Assembly: GCF_006345805.1 (NCBI RefSeq)
Contig: NC_042997.1
Span: 146,258,001 to 146,322,000 of the forward strand
Reading direction: 5' to 3'
From: Octopus sinensis
Lineage: Eukaryota
Length of the DNA stretch: 64,000 bases
The notes beneath the pieces were generated by a model that did no database searches, had not been told where the DNA came from, and saw nothing but the letters and a program-made list of their open reading frames with translations. Below, one piece after another: positions 55,609-64,000 of this stretch (position 1 is its first letter; the number at the start of each line of letters is the position of its first letter). The position numbers were made by a program, and so were the translations under genes.

Positions 55609-55612
<4 letters not shown>
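55175..55612 (+). mobile_element. Short element carrying permuted HHR copy C
   Basis: T-rich sense strand ending in a long (TA)n about 100 nt downstream of CTGATGA; 5' boundary approximate. Confidence 0.45.
55441..55519 (+). ncRNA. Non-circularly permuted hammerhead-like motif, copy C
   Basis: CTCAGT-C(17)-TTATTA...GAAA-CTGAG...TGATAA-CTGATGA-AG. Stem III 6 bp, stem I 6 bp, GUC triplet; stem II poorly formed. Confidence 0.55.
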
Positions 55613-55686
<74 letters not shown>

Positions 55687-56234
55687 GCAACTCCGGGTCA
55701 CCAGCGTCACTCGGGCTCATCACAGGTTTCGCATAAGACATATGCCTGCTCGAAGAGTTTCACATTTCCCCGCTTTATTTCTAGCCCCAAATAGCTTATT
55801 TTTGATACCTAGCACTATGTCTTTCTTCATTTCTAAGTTAAGGGTAAAAATAAAGCAACCCTGCAAAACACAACTGATCTTTACACACAGATGCACAGAA
55901 TAACAGCAATCAAATAATGACAATGGAGTACACAGCAAACATCAGCGATCTGACTGTCACCTGTACTCTTGACAAGAGATGCCAGTTAGTCTTTTACATC
56001 TACCAAGCTCATTCGTATTAGCCGGAGTTGCTGGATAATTTTTCGTTCCTTCAAGAATATTGCAAAACAGAAACTTTTCATAGATTGGAATTTAAATCTT
56101 AATCTCTATAGAAATTTATTGTTTCAAGAAAATATTAAATTTGAATTACTTTTAATTTTTACGATTCTATGATAACAACACGAGCTGTAACTTATGAGCC
56201 CGAGTCAGGCGCGTGTGAACGATGTCTCTCTCTC

Positions 56235-56270
<36 letters not shown>

Positions 56271-56295
56271 TGTATGTATGTATGTATGTATGTAT

Positions 56296-56645
56296 GTAGG
56301 CGCATGTGTGTCTGTGTGGTAAGTAGCTTGCTTACCAACCACATGGTTCCGGGTTCATTCCCACTGCGTGGCACTTTGGGCAAGCGTCTTCTGCTATAGC
56401 CTCGGGCCGACCAAAGCCTTGTGAGTGGATTTGGTAGTCGGAAACAGAAAGAAGCCCGTCGTATATATGTATATATATATTTGTGTGTGTGTTTGTATGT
56501 AACTTAGCGGTTCGGCAAAATAGACCGATAGAATAAGTGCTAGGCTTACAAAGAATAAGTCCTGGGGGCGATTTGCTCGACTAAAGGCGGTGCTCCAGCA
56601 TGGCTGCAGTCAAATGACAGAAACAAGTAAAATAGTAAAATAGTA
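56296..56645 (+). mobile_element. SINE family A
   Basis: Family match. Confidence 0.85.
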
Positions 56646-57915
56646 TGAGTGTGTATATATGTACGTACGTACATATGTGTGTATGTATTTATGTATGTAT
56701 GCAGATCATGGTTAGTGAGCGAAGGGCCTACTCTCAGCCCTGTCAATATTTTCTACCAATGTACGTCTCTTCCACAGATCAGATATTCTTCCCTGGTCTT
56801 CCTTAACAATCATCATCATCATCATCGTTATCCCCATAAGTAAAGACAGCATTGCCAGAAATATCAGAACTAATCGTAGACTTAATCTTATTGAATCTGA
56901 CGCTACGCTCTGAGTTCAAATTCCGCTACTAGTTACGCACTGGGGTCGATGTAATCGACTATCTCCTTCCCCTAAATTTCACGCTTTGTGCCTATAGTAG
57001 AAAGGGTTATTTTATTAAGTTTGTGATCAGAAATCATCGAAGGCTTAATAGGGTGTCTACAATAGTTACAATGACAGCAATGATTATGGAGATAATAACA
57101 GCAGCAACGACAATAAAAACTACTGCAAACAACTACAGTAGCAACAATTTCAAAAAGAGCGAGTTTGTATTTGTCACTCAATCCTGTAGAGAGGTTGCTA
57201 AACCTCCTTCAAATCACCCTACATTCCAATACTGGAAAGGGCACATTAGGTAAATGTAGATCAACATATTCTTAATAAGACGTGATGGTCACTATCGCGG
57301 AATGCCTTTGATCATAAGTCTGCACGATTATGGTTGATCTAGAGAGAGCTACAGAACAAAATATACATAAATAAAGGTAAAAGAACAAGAAGCAAAAGCC
57401 CATTTTTTTCTCCTTTGTGTTTTTTCTTCCTTTAATCATATAACTAATATAAAAGTTGGTAAGAAACACGAACAAATGCGACAACAGGGAACTTTTATGT
57501 CATGCGACGAATAAATAAATTGTACAAGAAACAAGTGTGAATATGAAATGACGAAAGACGAAGATAAAGGAAGATATATGCTTGCTGTTGACTGCCCCGG
57601 AAAAGCAGGCGGAAGACCGACAGTTTGCTGAGTGGTGGTGATGGTGGTGGTGGTGGTAGTGGTGGTGGTAGTGGTAGAGAGAGAGAGAGAGGTGGGATCA
57701 ATGAATGACTAGACAGCATTCGAGTAGCCTTTGACTTAAATAATTATTACAGACAGATTATTTTTCAGTTTAACTCCCAACCCCACTTTTTGCTGTCATA
57801 TATGTCATTTTTCTGACATATAGACATCAGGCTTAATGTATCTCAAGAAGCGTTCCTTCATTATGCAAATCTACGTTATGAGAATAATGAACAAGTTAGA
57901 AGTAAAAGAAATAAA

Positions 57916-57960
<45 letters not shown>

Positions 57961-58056
57961 TAATAATAATAATAATAATAACGACAAGAAGAAGAATAGA
58001 TTGAAGAATTAAATAATTAGGAATAAAAATTATATATATATATATATATATGTATG

Positions 58057-58087
<31 letters not shown>

Positions 58088-59730
58088 TATATGTATATAT
58101 AATGTATATATATATATATATATAATATATGTATATATATATATATATAATATATATATAATGTATATATATGTATATATATATAGTATCTATATATATA
58201 TATGTATATCCATGTATAATTGTGTATATATATATATGTATATATATGATATATATATATATTATATATAATATACTTATGATAATGAGATATTGTCAAT
58301 TAATGAATACGTTATCGTTGGTTTAATAATTTGGTAAATTTTATTTTATTTTTTGCATTTATTGTTTATGTTGTTGTTTAGTTTTAATGAGTTTCATCTC
58401 ACGATCCGCAATCCACTTTCGTGTCATTTCACTTTCGGATTATCTACAGAGAGGAAGTTCGTATATTTTGTTATATTTTATTTTAGTATTACTAATATTG
58501 TTACGTTTATGTGTTCCTGACTTTACTCTTATATGCATGTATGTCATGCGTGCACGCGTACATACATACGCACATCCACACACATGTACGTACGTACATA
58601 TAGACACTTAATTATTTTCGCTGTCAGTGGCTTCTAAGCTCTTTTTTGACATCTTTCATATCGCAAATGAAAATCTCGATTTATTTTTCGGTAGATTAAT
58701 AGTGTAGTTTCCATACAATTCTACTTAACATTAGTATGGGATAAAGGTAGCACATGTTTTATACATAGATAGTTATCTAATCATTCTGTGTTCAATTCTC
58801 GACACTATTTAGGGTTATCAGCTTGGTTCCACTGAATCATTACGAATTTCTATTGGTGAAAGATTGATCACAAGCCAATACAAATAGAATAACTCACATC
58901 TGTTTACTAGACAGAATCGTTGCAACATTAAATTGCTTAGCTTGATTCGCATTTGCATCTCTGTAGTTTCTTAAGGTATTTAATTAATTATAAATGAAAT
59001 AGCAATCTGTATATCATACGTAAAATAGATGCATCGTTCAAAGCCTTATAAACTGCGGTATTCGTCTCTAGAAAGCATCTCTTATAGACGTATGGTGTTA
59101 AAAAGCACAGAAATATGTCAGCAACTGACGAAAGTCGTACAGCAGCACTGGCAACATTGCTAAACACCTATTTCTATCTCCTTGCGCTTCGTCAGTAACA
59201 AGTGTCCACTGGTAGCCGCATGCGGCTTCTTCAACTTAACTACGAGCCAAAGATGTTTCTACAATATGTTTCTCCACAATATATAATATTCTGATACATC
59301 ACTTTCAAATATTATACGGTCACTTTGGGCTCTCGTCATCGACGCTAAAATATTATTGATCTTGAGGCTATAATACAGCCTCGACCCTGATGATTTGCAC
59401 TAACTAAAGACCTAAACAAAATTAACTATGTTATACTTTTCTTTCAAAATATTCTTATTCCAAAATACGGTCCAGTTCTCAGTAAAACTCACACAATCAT
59501 TTTTTGATGAAAATTAAGTCCATTAGAATAACATCAAACGCAAATTCAATGTTGTCTTTGTTCATTAAACCTACATCTGTACTGATTTGGCAGATCTATC
59601 ATCAAAGACGTTAGAGCTATGATAAGAGGCTACATTATCCAATATCCTTTCTGTTTTGAAAGACAGTAGGATATGCATTGAGGGAAATTTCTAGCCAGCT
59701 GAGCAACCAAATGGAATCTTTCTCATTGAT

Positions 59731-59786
<56 letters not shown>

Positions 59787-60049
59787 TCTTGTTATTTTTA
59801 TTTTAGTTTGGCTCAGGTTCGGTCTCATTCCTTGTAGGAATTATGTGGATAGTAGGTTGCTACCTGTACCCTTATTTATCCACAAATTTTCAGCAGTCTT
59901 TCACGTGCTTAGAACTCTTCCGATAATCATTGCTGTCCCTAAGAGACAAACTTTCTGTAGGAACTCTACTGGGCATTTTATTTCAGTCTCCTTCAGCCAT
60001 TTCTCTCTCTCTCTCTCTCTCTCTATATATAGATATATATATAATATAT

Positions 60050-60665
60050 ATAGAAATATTAAAATTACTAAGTCTCTCTAAAAGAGAACAACGGCAGCGT
60101 TCCCGGAAAATATTAGTTATCGCCATACTTAATATGGCATTCTTATAAAAAAAAGAAAAAAGCTGACGCTTATTAGCTCCATGAGGCCATCGCCTTAGTT
60201 AGCTATTTGATACACAAACTGTATCCATATAACCTTTGAACAAGGGAGGTCAGTCGCTCCACACTACTTGGCCGGCAGCTACAGACGCGTTTCGGGGTAT
60301 TGCCCCTTTTCAATGCAGCGTAGCCAAACCAGTAGGTGTCGCTTCCGACAATCTCTGTTCAAAGGTTTTATTTACCTAGCTTCGGTGGAATACATCCACT
60401 TGTTTTCAAAATAGAAATATTAAAATTACTAAGTCTCTCTAAAAGAGAACAACGGCAGCGTTCCCGGAAAATATTAGTTATCGCCATACTAATATGGCAT
60501 TCTTATAAAAATAAGAAAAAAGCTGACCGCTTATTAGCTCCATGAGGCCATACAGTTTGTGTATCAAATAGCTAACTTAAGGCGATGGCCTCATGGAGCT
60601 AATAAGCGGTCAGCTTTTTTCTTATTTTTATAAGAATGCCATATTAGTATGGCGATAACTAATAT
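60050..60665 (-). mobile_element. Penelope-like pLTR array: full 361-bp unit, partial unit and 5' inverted segment
   Basis: 60411-60551 directly repeats the unit starting at 60050; 60552-60665 is an inverted copy of the same unit; HHR inside; TA microsatellite at both ends. Confidence 0.8.
60278..60319 (-). ncRNA. Minimal type-I hammerhead ribozyme with U3-A8 core variant
   Basis: Minus strand: GCTGCA TTGAAAA GGGG-CAATA-CCCC GAAA CGCGT C|TGTAGC. Stem I 6 bp, stem II 4 bp, palindromic ACGCGT stem III, GUC site. Confidence 0.75.
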
Positions 60666-60683
60666 ATATATATATATATATAA

Positions 60684-60739
<56 letters not shown>

Positions 60740-60950
60740 CATCATTAAGACGGTGAACAGGCAGAATCCTTAAAAGGCCGCTCAAAATGATTAGCATTTC
60801 GTCCGTCTTTGCGTTCTGAGTTTGCTTTCTTACTCTCGGGGACGATAAAATAAGTACCAGTTGAGTACTGGGGTCGATGCAATTGACTTAATCCCTTCCC
60901 CCAGAATCTGAGGACTTGTGCTTTCAGTAGAAAGTATTATTATTATTATT

Positions 60951-61098
60951 CAGTAGTTTTATTTTTATAACGCGCTTTCACTACCGAGCGCAGCTCTGTG
61001 TGCCTTGGGTATGTGCTGTTGTTTGCGGTGATGATCTTATGGTTACTGTATTGAAACTGTTTTGCGTAGGATGTGTGCAGTGCCCAGTAGTCCAATTT
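60951..61098 (-). mobile_element. R4/Dong 3'-terminal fragment
   Basis: Near-identical to 34946-35100; preceded by TAT repeats. Confidence 0.8.
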
Positions 61099-61306
61099 TC
61101 TTCTTCTTCTTCTTCTTCTTCTTCTTCTTCTTCTTCTTCTTCTTCTCTTCTCTTCTTCTCTTCTCTTCTTCTTCTTCCTTCTTTCTTCTTCTTCTTCTTC
61201 TTTTCTTTTGTTTTGTTTGTAAATTCTCACTATATATGCATATATATATATAATATATATTTGTTTATTGGCTAAACTGGCAATATGACCATTCCGAAAT
61301 ATAACA

Positions 61307-61384
<78 letters not shown>

Positions 61385-61387
<3 letters not shown>

Positions 61388-61560
61388 CATATACGACGGG
61401 CTTCGTCTACTAAATTCACTTACAAAGCTTTGGTCGGTCCGAGTCTATTGTAGAAAACACTTGTTGCCCAAGGTGCCACGCAGTGAGACTGAACCCGGAA
61501 CTATGTGGTTGGTAAGCAAGTTACTTACCACACACCCACTGCGCCAACACAGCCACTCCT
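61385..61560 (-). mobile_element. SINE family A 5' half
   Basis: Family match. Confidence 0.75.
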
Positions 61561-62117
61561 AGGTGTCTATACGTGTACATACATATATGTGGGATAGTGT
61601 ATCTTGTATAGTTCATAGTTGCTTTATATGCAGATGATTTATGCTCTTGATTGTAGTAGAAATATAGGTGCGTCACCTCCGAGGAGCGTTCAACCAACCA
61701 TAAAACGGCCCTTCAGGAGACTCCCACCTCCTTTTGCTGCACATCAATAATAGAGAACAGAAGTGCTTACATTCTTATACTTATTTAAACCAGCAAGTGA
61801 AGTTTTATATTATATTAGTACTTTTAATTTACGATGGTTCGTGTGTAAATAGATATGGTTAAATATAATGACGAGCTGTGAAAAGCACAAATATGCAAAT
61901 TATATCGCTCACTAAAATGTTATCCTAATTTATGAGCTCTTTGTAAGCAACTGATCTGTAGTACTGGCTGAGAAGGAAGACGGGCACGTCTTCTTTGTGT
62001 GGGAGTGGTCAAAAACCATAAAATGTCTGTCAGAAAACTCCTTCCCTTTCCCCATACATCACTAGTATAGAAGGAATGTCTTTATTTAATTTCAATGCAT
62101 ACATACAAACATGTATG

Positions 62118-62218
<101 letters not shown>

Positions 62219-62241
62219 CACACACATATATATATGTATAT

Positions 62242-62555
62242 AGGAGGAGTAGCTTGCTTACCACTACTGCGTGGCACCTTGGCTAGTGTCTTCTACTATA
62301 GCCTCGGGCCGACCGAAGCATTGTGAGTGGATTTGATAGATATATGTGTGTGTGTGTGTATGTTTGTGTATCTGTGTCCCCTCGACATCGCTTGATAACC
62401 GATGCTGGTGTGTTTATGTCCCCATAACTTAGCGGTTCGACAAAAGATACCGATAAAATAAGTAATAAGCTTACAAAGAATAAGTTCTGGGGTCGATTTG
62501 CTCGATTAAAGGTGGTACACCAGCATGGCCGCAGTCAAACTACTGAAACAAATAA
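62242..62555 (+). mobile_element. SINE family A
   Basis: Family match. Confidence 0.8.
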
Positions 62556-62559
62556 AAGA

Positions 62560-62603
<44 letters not shown>

Positions 62604-62659
62604 TTGTGGGTGTATATATATATATATATATATACACCCACAAACACACGCACACATAC

Positions 62660-63905
62660 AGACGTGGATGTGTGGTAAAAAGCTTACTTTACAACCACAC
62701 GATACCGGGTTCAACTCCACTATGTGGCACCTAGTGCAAGTATCTTCTATTATAGCTGTGTGAGTGGATTTGGTAGACGGAAATTGAAAGAACTCCGCCG
62801 TTTATATACAGGGTGGGTGGAAAGTAACGAGGTATTAGAAATTGCTTATAGAGCTTTTAGTATCACTGAAATCATGAGGAAAACATTTTTTTAAACAGAC
62901 AACATTAATGGGGGATTTCTTATTGTCTTATTTCTTTTTTTTTTATTTTCCAGATAGCTGGTCTCTTGACTGTTCAGGAGCGAGCTAAGAAGGTAGCACG
63001 CTATGAAGTGTGGAATTCCATTGTTTTGGCCCAGAGATTGTGACATTCATAGAATGGTAAGCATGCAACACTACGTCCGGAGATATTAAATAGCTGTCAT
63101 ACAAAGCTGATGATCATGGGCTCTGTGAAAGATGCAAGAAGTGGCCGTGCTTGTCCAACCACATCCCGATCAGCGGAGAACGTGTCAACAACGATGGAAA
63201 TGTTTAATCGCTGCCCATAAAAATTAACACGTCAAGCAGTTCATAAAAGTGAACAAGACACACAATACGTACAGTGTCGCATAATGAATTGAATGTTTGT
63301 CCGTAAAAACCCCATTACGCGCAGGAGCTAAAACCAGAAGATTGTGACAGCAGAAGTCCAGATCTCACTGCATGTGATTTTCATGTGTGGGGTTACACAA
63401 AATAAGAGCTGTACAAAACAAAACCTCGCACACTGGTGAACTTGGAGACACGGATTCAGGAGGTTCTCAATGATATCCAGGACGACGTCCTTCAAAAAGT
63501 TCATTCCATCCCTGACCGTTTGAAGAAAATGGTAGACGTCACCGGGGCTTACGTTGAAATATGAAGGTTTACTTTCATTTTCCCATGTAATAAAGAAAAT
63601 GTATAAGTTGTTTCAATAAATATATGTACAAGGAATATGGATTTTATTACTAATTTTTAATGCCTATTTACTTTTCACCAACCCTGTATATATGTATATG
63701 ATTGTGTGTGTGTCTGTGTTTGTTCTCCCACCATCGCTTGACAACCGATGTTGGTGTGTTTACGTACCCGTAAGCTAGCGGTTTGGTTTAAGAGACCAAC
63801 AGAATGAGTACTAGGCTTACAAAGAATAAACCTTGGGGTCGATTTGTTCGACTAAAAGCGGGACTCTGGCATGGCCGTAGTCAAATGACTGAAACAAGTA
63901 AAGGA
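62660..63905 (+). mobile_element. SINE family A split by the mariner at 62809-63686
   Basis: 5' half at 62660-62802 and 3' half at 63690-63905. Confidence 0.75.
62809..63686 (+). mobile_element. Internally deleted Tc1/mariner element with TIRs and TA flanks
   Basis: TIRs CAGGGTGGGTGGAAAGTAA / TTACTTTTCACCAACCCTG; C-terminal remnant DLTACDF-VWGY...ELYKTKPRTLVNLETRIQEV...GAYVEI. Confidence 0.85.
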
Positions 63906-64000
63906 ATATATATATATATATATATAAAATACAAAATGGGACATGAACGCAAAACATCCGGACAACTAGGTGATACAAAAAGGGACATATATATATATAT

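Noticed and set aside
55709-56205. 12-bp inverted repeat ACTCGGGCTCAT/ATGAGCCCGAGT, with a GAAAC hairpin inside
   Set aside because: No TSD, short match, and no hammerhead core in register.
59085-59195. GAAA...CTGACGA resembling a fourth permuted hammerhead
   Set aside because: G at position 17, mismatch at the base of stem I, no linker between stems III and I, and CTGACGAA pairs with a downstream TTCGTCAG.

Overview
AT-rich, repeat-saturated eukaryotic DNA. The SINE families and microsatellite load suggest an octopus/coleoid cephalopod genome (inference). I found no intact protein-coding gene; nearly all listed ORFs are microsatellite artefacts or decayed transposon fragments. Supported features: one tRNA-Thr(AGT) gene (32662-32735), a decayed intronless PCNA pseudogene (53739-54038), two DD37D Tc1/mariner relics plus other mariner/hAT remnants, RTE and R4/Dong LINE fragments (the latter clustered in TAA arrays), several tRNA-derived SINE families and long palindromic elements. 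The most striking content is hammerhead-ribozyme (HHR) motifs. Four are conventional type-I HHRs in Penelope-like pseudo-LTR (pLTR) units (22537-22571, 49551-49595, 54202-54300, 60278-60319), two of them with non-canonical cores (U4C; compensatory U3-A8). Three diverged copies (8664-8738 +, 29112-29186 -, 55441-55519 +) carry a non-circularly permuted, pseudoknotted hammerhead whose stems I and III covary between copies. All structures were read by eye and none has been tested for activity; repeat boundaries are approximate.
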